DNA of 62,341 bases from Bdellovibrionota bacterium (GCA_044345405.1 JBIJBE010000021.1:1-62341); one strand, 5' to 3'. Counted from the stretch's first letter, positions 19,458-29,747 are shown. Notes: generated by a model from the letters alone, not told the origin. Program-made: numbers and translations.

Positions 19458-20363
19458 ATGTCCCATATATCCATCACACCACTTCAAGGAACATTCGCCG
19501 GGATAATTTCATGCCTCATCTGGAGTATGGCGATCCTCCTGATGAACGTTCTTGGGGAGGCGTTCGGGCCACTCCGCGCCGCCGGACTCGAACTCGGAAT
19601 CGCGGGAGCGATCCTCACTCTCTCCGCATACATGCGGGGAGACCTCAAACGAATTGGACTACACTCTCCCACGTGTCACCTCGTGTGCGGAACATTTTGG
19701 ATCCTTAATCTCTCCCTCTCGTGGCTAGCGGTCTCATTGGTTCACTCGAAGGGGGAGCTTTTAGTGACGGGTCTCCTCAACTACCTGTGGCCATCCCTTA
19801 CCCTTCTCCTCTCGATCCCTATCCTGCATAAGCGCGCCACCTGGTGGCTCTTTCCAGGGATGTTCGCGGTCCTCGTAGGAGTACTGTTGGTGAAACTGGC
19901 TACCGCTCCGGCGGGCGCCACACACGATCTCTTTACCCACCTCAATCCATGGGCCTACTCATGTGCGGTCTTGGACGCGATTGCGTGGGCACTGTATAGT
20001 AACTTCTCCCGCAAACTCTCGAACCCCGACGGCGCATCTGCGGTTCCGTTCTATATGCTTGTCGGGAGCGTTATCCTTATCGTCGCGAATCTCTCGTTCG
20101 CCGACGAAGCGCGAGAGCCTCACATGCTGGATTGGCTGCTCCTCGTTGGATGGTCATGCGCGGCGGCCGTCGCGTACCTCTTCTGGGACGTCGGTATGAG
20201 ATTCGGTAACGTCGTAACTATCTCAACCACGTCGATGCTTATTCCCCTCCTCTCCACTATAATTACCGCCTACATGTCGGGGCATGGAATCTCAACCATG
20301 TTACTCATCTCCGCCGGCTTGGTGGTTATCGGTTCTCGGGTCTGTCGTCGTGGAGTTGTATGA
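19458..20363 (+). CDS. EamA/DMT transporter, YddG-like aromatic amino acid exporter
   Basis: About 10 TM segments; LLNYLWPSLT, WALYS and AYLFWD motifs. Confidence 0.85.
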   Translation: MSHISITPLQGTFAGIISCLIWSMAILLMNVLGEAFGPLRAAGLELGIAGAILTLSAYMRGDLKRIGLHSPTCHLVCGTFWILNLSLSWLAVSLVHSKGELLVTGLLNYLWPSLTLLLSIPILHKRATWWLFPGMFAVLVGVLLVKLATAPAGATHDLFTHLNPWAYSCAVLDAIAWALYSNFSRKLSNPDGASAVPFYMLVGSVILIVANLSFADEAREPHMLDWLLLVGWSCAAAVAYLFWDVGMRFGNVVTISTTSMLIPLLSTIITAYMSGHGISTMLLISAGLVVIGSRVCRRGVV

Positions 20364-20692
20364 GGCGGACCTCAAGAGCGATTCGAGCGTTAGTGCTCAT
20401 AACGATACTGGCGTTCAGCGCAGGCTGTTGCGATGAGAAAGCGCTCCCCGCCGCCTTTCGAGCGCTCAACAGCGAGAAGGCGAGCGAACGTAATCAAGCG
20501 CTCCTCCTGATAGCCAAGTGTGGGGAACGAGCGGAGGGAGCTGTGCCACGCATTATCCAGCTCATGTACGATGAGAACGTCGGCGTCGCGAGCTCCGCGG
20601 CGTATGCATTACGCTGCATCGATTCCAAGAGAGCTAGACAGGCTCTGAAAGCCGCTGAAGACGCGCGAGCGGCGCGGAGGGCGAAGAGGTAG
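20360..20692 (+). CDS. HEAT-repeat lipoprotein
   Basis: Lipobox SAGC; AVPRIIQLMYDENVGVASSAAYAL HEAT repeat; ATGA overlap with the upstream gene. Confidence 0.7.
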   Translation: MRRTSRAIRALVLITILAFSAGCCDEKALPAAFRALNSEKASERNQALLLIAKCGERAEGAVPRIIQLMYDENVGVASSAAYALRCIDSKRARQALKAAEDARAARRAKR

Positions 20693-21128
20693 CGAAGAGC
20701 AAACTCCCCCCCTTGATCCTTGTCGTACGGGAAAAAGATTACGACTCGATTGCTCCCTTCGGCTCAACGTTCGGGCGCCCCTTTGTGACCAAGCCATACA
20801 GATACTCAGTATCAATCGACCACAGCAACAAAGCGAACCATGCGACTCCAGTTCAACCGAGGGTCACATTAATAAATGTTATCAACCCCGCTCGTTCGTG
20901 ATGAAGGCCAACAGCGAGGAGAGTCGGCAACATATAGGTCGCCACAAGCGAGACAGCGATAAGGACCCAAAAGATTAGCTCGAGAGGTTGTGTTTGCATT
21001 GAGCCCCCTCAGGAAAAGTTTATCCAATAGTAATCCCAAATTTCTGAGAGATGCATGGGCCCCCTCATCCCCGTTGATGACGAGCAATACTACGCGATGG
21101 TAGCCCAACAAGATGGAAGAGCTCGAGA

Positions 21129-21482
21129 TTAACGAGACCGATGGATCTCAACCCCAACGAATTCAACTCCGGGGAGGATGAACTTCTCAATAACGAGGTG
21201 AATCTCCGTGATGAGAGAGAAACGCTCAAAGAGCCGCTCGGCGCACACCTCAGCCAACTCCTCCACGAGAACCCATGGCTGAGCGGCCCCGATCTCACGA
21301 ATCATCTGACATACGGTCGCATAACACACCGAATCAGAGAGATTTTTTGAGAGCGCCGAGCGCCGCGCGTCAACACCCAGACGGGTCGAGATGAGGAGAC
21401 GTTGAGGAAATGAGCGCTCGGCCTCGGAACAACCGATGCGGCAGAAGGTCTCAATTTTGTGAGCGAGGATAAAATCTGTCAT
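21129..21482 (-). CDS. folB: Dihydroneopterin aldolase
   Basis: IG...ER..PQRL, L.DSVCY, LVEELAE and VGVEIHR motifs. Confidence 0.9.
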   Translation of the reverse strand: MTDFILAHKIETFCRIGCSEAERSFPQRLLISTRLGVDARRSALSKNLSDSVCYATVCQMIREIGAAQPWVLVEELAEVCAERLFERFSLITEIHLVIEKFILPGVEFVGVEIHRSR

Positions 21483-21604
21483 AGGTGGCTATCTCTACCA
21501 TAAGAGCCATGCGGCCACGAGCTTCAAGGATCTGACAAACACCGCCACCAAGGGTGAGCCACCACCTTGCGGCGTACGCGACCACGCCCTATGATCCCCC
21601 CACT

Positions 21605-23530
21605 ATGAAGAAAAAGATCCTGCTCTCCTTCCTCTCCCTCTTCATCATTGTCGCTGCCGGCGCAGGGGTTGCCCTCTACAAACTTAATGATATCGTCTCG
21701 ACCTTCAGGCCTCAAATTGAGCAACAACTTTCGACCGCTCTCGGCGCGCGAGTACAACTCGGTGAGATCTCAGCATCGATCTTTCCGACCTGCCACCTCT
21801 CCGTGAAAGAGGTGAAGGTGCTCGCGGCAGACGGTAAGGCAGCCGCGCTCTCCCTGGGAGGGCTCACAGCCTCGGTCGCTCTGCGTCCTCTGCTCAGCAA
21901 GAAGCTCGATATCTCCAATCTTGAGATCGAGCGACCTCGGATTACCCTTATTAAGGATGCCTCTGGCACCACGGTGCAAGGACTCACTCCAGCGAAATCC
22001 GCAGGCCAACCCTCCCAGCAACCTCAGACATCTCCCTCGCCATCTCAGGCGAATGCATCCTCAGCACCGATCGACGTAACGGTCTCTCGCATCACTATCT
22101 CAGATGGCGAACTCACTCTCGACGACCGAACAACCAATAAGCGCACACCGGTTCGAGCTATCAATCTCGATGCCGGCGTCGCGGTACAAGGCAAGGAGAT
22201 CCAGATTCCAACCCTCTCTCTCTCGTTTGCAGCATCCCCTCTTCCACCGGTCCGATTCACCGGTTCAAGGCTTTCGTACGGTCAGGACTCGGGCAAAGTT
22301 TCGATCGGCTCCTTCGACGCGGCATCAGATGTGGGATCCATTCACGCCGATGGAATCCTCGATGCGACGACTCAGAGCGGAAACCTCAACGTAACGTCGA
22401 ACGGGATAGACCTTAAGAAGGTCGCCACACTCCTCAAGGACGCCGCACCCGCTCTCATGGCGCTCAATCCGAGCGGATCTATCACTACATCGCTCGCGGT
22501 TACCCTTGCCGGAGGACAGCCGTCAATCAAGGGACCGTTCAACCTTCGAGAGATCAATATGGACCTCCCCGGGCCTCAGAAGGTTCGGGGCCTCGCAGGT
22601 GAAATCGCAGTTCAGGGAGCGCTCTCAGATCTCTCGCTCTCCGCTCCGAAACTCCAACTCTCATTCCAAGACACACCGCTCCGCGTGGCGACCGCGGCCC
22701 GCATTACCTCCTCCAACGTTACGGTGCAGTCCTTAACGATTAACGGTTTCGGGGGAGAAGCGCGATTGCCGGCGACCTTACAACTCGTGGCACCAAAAAA
22801 TTTCTCGGCACAACCGAACCTCTCCGGAATCTCGATCGGAGAACTGCTCAAGGTAACGAAGCCATCACTCGCGAGCATGGTCTCAGGAACGATAGTATCA
22901 TCCAAAGGGAACTTCTCCGGTTCGACGATGGGGGATATCGCCCGCTCAGTTAACGGTTCAGGGGACATCACCGTGAAGGATGCCGTCCTCAAAGGTGTGA
23001 ATCTTCCCGCGCTCATCCTCTCGAAGGTCTCGAACATCCCGCTTCTTGAAGGGTCACTTCGGTCAAATATCCCACCTGAGCATCAGAAGTATTTTAACGA
23101 CCCAGACACCAAGATCTCGGAGCTCAAGAGCGAGTTCTCGCTAGGTGGTGGCGTTATCAACCTTAAGTTACTTCGGGCCACAAGCGTGGCGTTTACCCTT
23201 GAGAGTAGCGGCACCATGTCGATGGACGGAGACCTAAACCTCTCATCAAACTTCATCCTCGCGCCTGACATCTCCGCGTCGCTCGCGAAGCGTTCGAAGA
23301 CGGTAGAGAAGATGCTCAACAAGAATAAGCTCCTCGAGATCCCGGTCGTGATCAAAGGAAGGAGCCCTGCGCTCGTAGTCGCTCCAGACATCTCCAAACT
23401 TCTTCAGGGCGCTGGCGGAAAGATCCTTGAGGAGAAGGCGGGAAGCCTCCTTGAAAAGGCGCTCGGGGGCAAAAAGGGCGCGGATGGAAAGCAGAAGAAT
23501 CCACTCGGCGGGCTCTTTGGCATTAAGTAG
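21605..23530 (+). CDS. AsmA family protein
   Basis: N-terminal anchor, LRPLLSKKLDISNLEIERPRITL, beta-groove repeats, C-terminal LEIPVVIKG. Confidence 0.85.
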   Translation: MKKKILLSFLSLFIIVAAGAGVALYKLNDIVSTFRPQIEQQLSTALGARVQLGEISASIFPTCHLSVKEVKVLAADGKAAALSLGGLTASVALRPLLSKKLDISNLEIERPRITLIKDASGTTVQGLTPAKSAGQPSQQPQTSPSPSQANASSAPIDVTVSRITISDGELTLDDRTTNKRTPVRAINLDAGVAVQGKEIQIPTLSLSFAASPLPPVRFTGSRLSYGQDSGKVSIGSFDAASDVGSIHADGILDATTQSGNLNVTSNGIDLKKVATLLKDAAPALMALNPSGSITTSLAVTLAGGQPSIKGPFNLREINMDLPGPQKVRGLAGEIAVQGALSDLSLSAPKLQLSFQDTPLRVATAARITSSNVTVQSLTINGFGGEARLPATLQLVAPKNFSAQPNLSGISIGELLKVTKPSLASMVSGTIVSSKGNFSGSTMGDIARSVNGSGDITVKDAVLKGVNLPALILSKVSNIPLLEGSLRSNIPPEHQKYFNDPDTKISELKSEFSLGGGVINLKLLRATSVAFTLESSGTMSMDGDLNLSSNFILAPDISASLAKRSKTVEKMLNKNKLLEIPVVIKGRSPALVVAPDISKLLQGAGGKILEEKAGSLLEKALGGKKGADGKQKNPLGGLFGIK

Positions 23531-23542
23531 CCCGGACATCGG

Positions 23543-23765
23543 CTGGTACACCAGCTGGTGCAACCCACCAATTTTAACTGCGGCATCTGATTTGTTTGAT
23601 CTTACCGATTGCGCACACCAGCTGGTGCCCAGCTGGTTGCCCAGCTGGTGCAACCCACCAATTTTCCCAGCCACCAGCTGGTGCAACCCACCAATTTTCC
23701 ACCAGCTGGTGCAACCCACCAATTTTAACTGCGGCATCTGATTTGTTTGATCTTACCGATTGCGC
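23543..23765 (+). repeat. Tandem array of transposon-end/REP-like units CCAGCTGGTGCAACCCACCAATTTT (4 copies) inside a 65-bp direct repeat
   Basis: Copies at 23551, 23641, 23674, 23702; 23550-23614 is identical to 23701-23765. Confidence 0.9.
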
Positions 23766-23912
23766 TCGTTCTCGCGCGATAGAAATAGACTACCGCACTG
23801 TGATGTCACCAAAAGGAATGATTTTTAGCCCATGAAGGCTCAAAAGATGTCAGTTCTGTCGGTATGCGGATACACGGGTGCCTCCAGTTTAACCTGGGAT
23901 GCGTTGGGGCTA

Positions 23913-24881
23913 TCAGAGAGCGTTACATAATTGGGGGATCGGAGGTTTGAAACACCCTGGCGGCCACGGGACGTCCCTATGTCCCTGCTTCATAAGGAGA
24001 TAACATTCCTTGCACTGACGAATGAAGCTGTGGAAGGTCTCCAGAAATTCCAACCGAAGCTCTTTACATGAGGCATACATGAATATCTTCCGACTCTTCT
24101 TTCGGGGAACATAGGCATCTGTAACGACAAACCCCTCAATTCTGCGTACGGTGACTTTCTTAGTAGCCAGCCGAGCTTCCTCTTGTCGAACTTGATTGAT
24201 GATTTGCTGTCGTATCTTCTCAATCTCAATCGGATCTACGATGTTAAATGCCTGAAGCCATTTAAGGGGCATAACACGTACGATGTTACGTGTGCGGGAG
24301 GACGCTTTCTCCGTAATCGTATTTATAAGACCACGCTCCTCAGAGAGCCCTGGATTCTCCTGAGAGAGCGGGTCAACATCGGTAAGAACAACCCACGGAA
24401 CCTCTTTTGCAACGCTTGCATTAACATCTGCAGGCACCGAGAGAAACTCTTTCCAGGTATTGCAACCGCTATACTCATCAATGGATCGAACAAGTCCTGC
24501 ACGGACCGGATTGAGGTAGGTATAGACGACCCGGGCTATGGCGGCTTCAAGATCGAGAACCTCTCCGATGTTCGTTCGGCGGTCCCACAGATTTAGTTGC
24601 CGGAGACTTAGAAGACGCTTTAGAAAGTCCGTTAGCCGTTTCTTGAGTCGCTCGTGGAAATGGGTAAGTGCCGCACAATCAAGAGAAAACACCTGCATGT
24701 GGACATGGTTACTCATCCATACATAACCACATACGATGATAGCTTCAGAGCAAAGCAAGCGTCCGATGATACTCTCAATCAAAAGCTTCGTCAGAGCGCG
24801 CGCTGGCAGCGGCAACCCCCTGATGGACCGAAAACACATATCGTACATTTTTTTACTTCGAGGCATTCTTGGTTTACGCAT
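23913..24881 (-). mobile_element. HUH/Y1 transposase, REP-associated tyrosine transposase (RAYT)-like, with C-terminal extension
   Basis: YVWMSNHVH (HUH), LW and YTYLNPVRAGLV motifs; flanked on both sides by repeat arrays. Confidence 0.9.
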
Positions 24882-24930
24882 AGTGCCTCTTACATCGAGA
24901 GGCTTACGGAAGTGTTGCGTATGGAATTCA

Positions 24931-25059
24931 CAAAAGTTGGCCTGTACCAGTGAATTCGTCAAAAGTTGGCCTGTACCAGTGAACTTAAATTCACAAAAGT
25001 TGGCCTGTACCAGTGAATTTAGCCAGTGAATTCGTCAAAAGTTGGCCTGTACCAGTGAA
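24931..25059 (-). repeat. Tandem array CAAAAGTTGGCCTGTACCAGTGAA (4 copies)
   Basis: Copies at 24931, 24960, 24994, 25036; the reverse complement CTGGTACAGGCCAACTTTT resembles the left array. Confidence 0.9.
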
Positions 25060-25287
25060 TTTCACTTTGGTTTCTACTATTAGTAGAAAGGTCACGGTGC
25101 GCCCCGTCCGAATCAGTCAATTCCTATCCTCATTCATATCCCACGCATGACTAGCGGCGGCGATACAGGTAGTAATTATTATCTACATACGGGAATTCTC
25201 AGTGCGCAACTGAGGTGAATTCTTGCCGAGTGCGCCTTGTCGGTGCCTCAGGCGCGGTTGTTTGATTGGTTTTTTTGGAGAATAAAT

Positions 25288-25833
25288 GTGAGAACCGCTG
25301 CAGCAATTTCTGCAGCATGGATGCTGATGGTGATTTTGGGCGGGACGGCTCCAGGGCAGGAGAGTCCCGCGTTTCCCGGCTTCCGAATGGAGGCTGTTGG
25401 GCCAGTCGGTGTGAGCTATCAGAACCGACCCGGCGAGTGGACGGTGATTAACTTGGGGAACGGCCCCAAGACCGTGTTCGTCGACGGGGGCGGTAATCTG
25501 ATAGAGCATCGGCTCGTCTCCTGGGAGCTCGGCGTTCCCACGGAGACGTACATCACGGCCGGACAGCTCTTTGTCCGGCACGGGGGAAGAACCTACCGGT
25601 TCGCCCCGCAGGGGATGAACGTTCCGGGGGTCGGAGTCGCTGCGGTGACTCGGCCGTGTCAGGGAATCTTCGTCACCTGGATGGTAACAAGGACCGAGAC
25701 TGTTCCCACTACCCAATGGGTGCCGATGACTCAATGGGTGGAGGTGCCGTCCTCCGGCCCGCTGCCGATCGCTCCCACAGCATCCCCTCCCGGCGGTGCT
25801 AGTGTTGGCGGTCGGCGTCCCAACACCACGTAA
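25288..25833 (+). CDS. Secreted hypothetical protein
   Basis: GGAG RBS, GTG start, signal-like N-terminus, GC-rich codons. Confidence 0.55.
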   Translation: MRTAAAISAAWMLMVILGGTAPGQESPAFPGFRMEAVGPVGVSYQNRPGEWTVINLGNGPKTVFVDGGGNLIEHRLVSWELGVPTETYITAGQLFVRHGGRTYRFAPQGMNVPGVGVAAVTRPCQGIFVTWMVTRTETVPTTQWVPMTQWVEVPSSGPLPIAPTASPPGGASVGGRRPNTT

Positions 25834-26037
25834 AGCCCAAGTGTCTCGCGAGACACTTTTCAACTCCTCCTAGGGTTCTTATCTCGCGCACTGAGAACCC
25901 ACCTTTTCCCCCTGTCTGTCCCCCAAGCCGTTAGAACACCCTGCTGTATGGAAGCCGTCCGATACCTGGCTCCACACGAACACAAAAATCTCGGTTTACC
26001 AAATCTCAGCTCTGCGGGTATCCTAAATGAACCGCTC

Positions 26038-26775
26038 ATGGCAGACACGTTCGAACACCACGACGAAGATGATTCCCAACCTCAGGCAGAAAGCGCTGAG
26101 AAGCAGGATCTCGTCGGCGGCTTCGCGTTCTACCTCTCCCTCGCCGCGCTCTTGCCAACAGGCCTCATGTTCACCACCCTCACTTTTCTCCGGCTTGAGA
26201 CCGCCAACTCAACTACCACGATGAACTTTATCTTCGCCACACTCGCTGGCGCCGCCATCGCGCAGATGTTTATTAGAGGACACCTCTCCGTGTTCATCCA
26301 CGAGTTCAAACACTCTCTGGTCTCAAACCTCGTAGGCAATCGTCATAAAGGGATGAAGATCGGAGAACGATCGGGGCACTACCAGTACTCGTATACAAAG
26401 AGCACCGCACACTACAACGCCTTCATCTCACTCGCGCCCTACATCACTCCGGTGTTCACCTTTATTGCTGTCGTGCTCGCCTTGATCTTCCTTCGAGAGG
26501 ACCGAGAGATTGCGGCGATCGTCGTTGGCGTGGGTTATGGGATCGACATCCTACTCAATGTGCGAGACATCTCCCCCATTCAAACAGACATCTCCTTGAT
26601 TCGAGGGGGGTACAATATGGGACTCGCCTACATCGCGGCGTGGAATCTTCTCATCGCCGGGCTCGTCTTCGCGTGGGCATTCCATGGCGTAACCGGACTT
26701 TCGATGTTGCTGGAGGACATCTCATCGTGCTTCATCCAGCTCTACATCGCGCTATTTGGCGACCCTCGAGCGTGA
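26038..26775 (+). CDS. Membrane zinc metallopeptidase (M50B-like)
   Basis: FIHEFKH (HExxH), ISLAPY, QTD; multiple TM helices. Confidence 0.75.
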   Translation: MADTFEHHDEDDSQPQAESAEKQDLVGGFAFYLSLAALLPTGLMFTTLTFLRLETANSTTTMNFIFATLAGAAIAQMFIRGHLSVFIHEFKHSLVSNLVGNRHKGMKIGERSGHYQYSYTKSTAHYNAFISLAPYITPVFTFIAVVLALIFLREDREIAAIVVGVGYGIDILLNVRDISPIQTDISLIRGGYNMGLAYIAAWNLLIAGLVFAWAFHGVTGLSMLLEDISSCFIQLYIALFGDPRA

Positions 26776-26954
26776 GGTGTGAGCGCGGCTTTCTTATGCC
26801 CCCACCTCGAATCAGCTACTTACGGCAAAAATTCCCCGCCACTAGCGTAATAAAGTGACCTTTTCAATCGACGTACGCCCTCGTCTCGTGTGACTCTATA
26901 GGCCGGACTCTTTTCCAAGCTAATGAAAGCTTGAACGGTCCTTTCAGGAAACAT

Positions 26955-27362
26955 ATGGGAAATAAATTATACGTAGGAAACCTTTCCTACGACGTACAGG
27001 ATCGCGATCTGCAAGAGCTTTTCGCTCAACATGGAACAGTATCATCCGCTCGGGTGGTTACGGACCGAGATACGGGACGATCTAAGGGATTTGGATTTGT
27101 CGAGATGGGCACCGATGGCGAGGCTGAAGCCGCGATATCGGCACTCAATGGTCAGGAGGTCGCCGGACGAGCTTTGACCGTTAATGAAGCACGTCCGAAA
27201 GAAGCCGGCGGCGGAGATCGACGTGGTGGCGGCGGTCGTGGCTTCGGCGGCGGCGGCGGCGGCGGATACAGCGGCGGCGGCGGAGGCTACGGCGGTGGTC
27301 GTGGTGGAGACCGTGGCGGTCGCGGCGGCGGCGGCCGACGTGGTGGCGGAGATCGCTACTAA
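26955..27362 (+). CDS. RRM RNA-binding protein with Gly/Arg-rich tail
   Basis: KLYVGNL (RNP2), KGFGFVEM (RNP1), LTVNEARP. Confidence 0.95.
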   Translation: MGNKLYVGNLSYDVQDRDLQELFAQHGTVSSARVVTDRDTGRSKGFGFVEMGTDGEAEAAISALNGQEVAGRALTVNEARPKEAGGGDRRGGGGRGFGGGGGGGYSGGGGGYGGGRGGDRGGRGGGGRRGGGDRY

Positions 27363-27390
27363 TATCACCTCTTCAATCCAGAAGAGGTTG

Positions 27391-27433
27391 AGCCCCTAGC
27401 TCTGTAGCTCTGCCGCAGAGCCAGGGGCTTTCT
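27391..27433 (+). terminator. Probable intrinsic terminator
   Basis: AGCCCCTAGCTCTG...CAGAGCCAGGGGCT stem followed by TTT, after the RRM gene. Confidence 0.55.
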
Positions 27434-27534
27434 AACTACTCACCATCCCTCAATCCTCGGAGCGGGGTTTCAGTTCATCTGAAGGCTTACGTTCTGTGGC
27501 GGCTCGATACGTATCGGGTGGGGGCTTCCATGCC

Positions 27535-28335
27535 CTATTCCGGGCTTAATGCCCTTCGTCGAACACGCTCTAGCAAGTACTCCGGAACGGGATCATAGGA
27601 GACCCACTCCATGCATAAACCATGCGGTGGAGCGGTCACGCCCGCGCGGCGCCGATCTCGCGACGCGAGGATCTCTGGCATGGCATCACGCGCTAGGTGA
27701 CCCCGCCCTATATCCACCAGGGTGCCCACGATGTTGCGCACCATCTGTTTGAGGAAGCCGGAGCCGATAACCTGGATCTCAATAAGATCATCCGTTCGCT
27801 CCACCGAGAGGGAATAGATCGTCTTCACCGGCGTTCTCGCGCAACACTCGGAATCGCGAAAACCAGAGAAGTCGTGCGTTCCAACGAGGCACTGGGATAT
27901 CTCGTTAAGAAACGCCGCGTCGAGTGGTCGGTGCATGTGCCACACGAACCGCGACTCAAGGATCGCCGGCGAGGGGCGGTTCATAATGCGATAGGTGTAC
28001 TGCTTATGTGTGCTGTCGTGTCCGGGATGAAACTTTTCCGGAATGATCTCCGCGGAGATAACCGCAAGCTCCCCCTTCATCAGATGACTTACCCCGTTTA
28101 CGATCTTAAGGAGCTCAGGGGGATTCGAAGCCCGAAAAGTTACTACCTGGCCTCGCGCATGCACACCGGAATCGGTACGCCCCGCGGCATGGAGGGGGCC
28201 GACCTCTTCGCGACACACTACCGAGAGAGCCTTCTCAAGCTCAGACTGCACGGTCTTAAGATTCGGCTGCTTTTGCCATCCGAAGAAGCAACTCCCGTCG
28301 TACTCCACTATGAGCTTGATGTGCTTCACAACCAC
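27535..28335 (-). CDS. truA: tRNA pseudouridine(38-40) synthase
   Basis: EYDGS..GWQ, AGRTDSGVHA, GTHDFS, FLKQMVRNIVG. Confidence 0.95.
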   Translation of the reverse strand: MVVKHIKLIVEYDGSCFFGWQKQPNLKTVQSELEKALSVVCREEVGPLHAAGRTDSGVHARGQVVTFRASNPPELLKIVNGVSHLMKGELAVISAEIIPEKFHPGHDSTHKQYTYRIMNRPSPAILESRFVWHMHRPLDAAFLNEISQCLVGTHDFSGFRDSECCARTPVKTIYSLSVERTDDLIEIQVIGSGFLKQMVRNIVGTLVDIGRGHLARDAMPEILASRDRRRAGVTAPPHGLCMEWVSYDPVPEYLLERVRRRALSPE

Positions 28336-28341
28336 AGCTTC

Positions 28342-29349
28342 CTATTCGGAACAAAGTCTCTCAGCGATCTGAACAGCGTTAAGCGCCGCGCCCTTTCGAA
28401 CGTTATCGGCCACGATCCACATCGACAGCCCATTCGGGACGGAGGGATCCGTACGAAGGCGACCAACATGAATATCGTCGGTGCCAGCCACATCGAGCTG
28501 CATCGGATACTCCTCAGGGGTCGTGTGCACGACAACGCCTGACATCTTGGAGAGTTTCTCGGTTACCGCCTCTGGCGTGATCGGTCGCTCGGTCTCAACG
28601 AACACGCTCTCAGCGTGACTGTAGAAGACCGGTACTCGAACAGCGGTCGCGGTGATCCGAAGATCAGGAATACCGAGGATCTTTCGACTCTCGTTGATAA
28701 TCTTGTACTCCTCTTTGGTGAACCCGTTCTCCATCAAGACATCGATCTGCGGTATGCAGTTGAAGGCGATTTGATGCTGGAACGCCTCATGAGTCATCTC
28801 GGATTGATTGAAAACAGCGATACTTTGTCCCCACAACTCATCGAGCGCCGCTTTGCCAGCGCCTGACACGGATTGATAGGTTGAGACGACGACGTGCTTC
28901 AACCCAGCGACCTCATGAATGGCCTTCAACACCGGAACCAACTGAATCGTTGAGCAGTTCGGATTAGCGATGACCTTCTTTCCACGCGCGCTCTCGAAGT
29001 TCACCTCCGGCACTACGAGCGGCACATCCGGGCTCATGCGGAAGTGACTTGAGTTATCAATAGCGATCGCTCCAGCCTTAACGGCGAGAGGAACGAACTT
29101 GGCCGCGAGCTCTCCCGAGGTCGCAAAGAGCGCGATATCCACCCCTTCGAAGGAGTCCTCCTCAAGGAGCCGCACAGCGACCTCATCATCCCTGAATTTG
29201 TACACCTCACCCACCGAGTCCTGCGAGGCGAAGAGCCGCACCTCAGCGACGGGAAGTTTACGCTCCTCAAGAATGACAAGCATCTCATTTCCAACGAGCC
29301 CGGTGGCTCCTACGATGGCGATTACGGGGGTTTTTGTGGTTGTAGTCAT
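28342..29349 (-). CDS. asd: Aspartate-semialdehyde dehydrogenase
   Basis: GATGLVG, ANPNCSTIQ, TYQSVSGAG, DNVRKGAALNAVQIA. Confidence 0.97.
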   Translation of the reverse strand: MTTTTKTPVIAIVGATGLVGNEMLVILEERKLPVAEVRLFASQDSVGEVYKFRDDEVAVRLLEEDSFEGVDIALFATSGELAAKFVPLAVKAGAIAIDNSSHFRMSPDVPLVVPEVNFESARGKKVIANPNCSTIQLVPVLKAIHEVAGLKHVVVSTYQSVSGAGKAALDELWGQSIAVFNQSEMTHEAFQHQIAFNCIPQIDVLMENGFTKEEYKIINESRKILGIPDLRITATAVRVPVFYSHAESVFVETERPITPEAVTEKLSKMSGVVVHTTPEEYPMQLDVAGTDDIHVGRLRTDPSVPNGLSMWIVADNVRKGAALNAVQIAERLCSE

Positions 29350-29552
29350 AGTCCATCATTTGTACGACACATCGAGCCTTGAAGCCACTCCACGGCCGTA
29401 TAACCGCCAGGTTTGTCCCCTTCTCCTCGGCTTTTAAGCTGCGATCAGCTTCGGCGGGAGCAAAAGCACCTCTCCGGGCATAGAAAAACCCCCTTACAGC
29501 TTGTGGAGGAGCCATAAGGGGGTCAGCTTCGAAACGTATGCCTGGAGATTGG

Positions 29553-29747
29553 CTACGCCTCTGAAATCTCGCGCCGACGCTTATCGCGGAGGAGCTTCTC
29601 GATGGTCAACGAAGCGAGGGCGTACCCTTCTGCCTCTGTCTTTCCAGCTTGAAGAGCGATGTCGGTTACTGCCTCAACCAACTCACCAAGTGTTGTTGTT
29701 ATCGTCGATGTCTCTTCCTTAAGGACCTGCTCGTTTCGGTTATCCAT
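29553..29747 (-). CDS. Small hypothetical protein
   Basis: AGGAG RBS; 64 aa, TTLGELVEAVTD amphipathic helices. Confidence 0.6.
   Translation of the reverse strand: MDNRNEQVLKEETSTITTTLGELVEAVTDIALQAGKTEAEGYALASLTIEKLLRDKRRREISEA

Noticed and set aside
20700-21120. Small ORFs between the HEAT gene and folB
   Set aside because: No convincing start, RBS or family signal; left uncalled.
23246-23835. ORFs with repeated KIGGLHQL / SWCNPPI peptides
   Set aside because: They are translations of the DNA repeat array.
23543-25059. Repeat arrays as CRISPR
   Set aside because: Intervening sequences are 3-65 bp, irregular and made of repeat fragments; there are no cas genes; the arrays flank a transposase.
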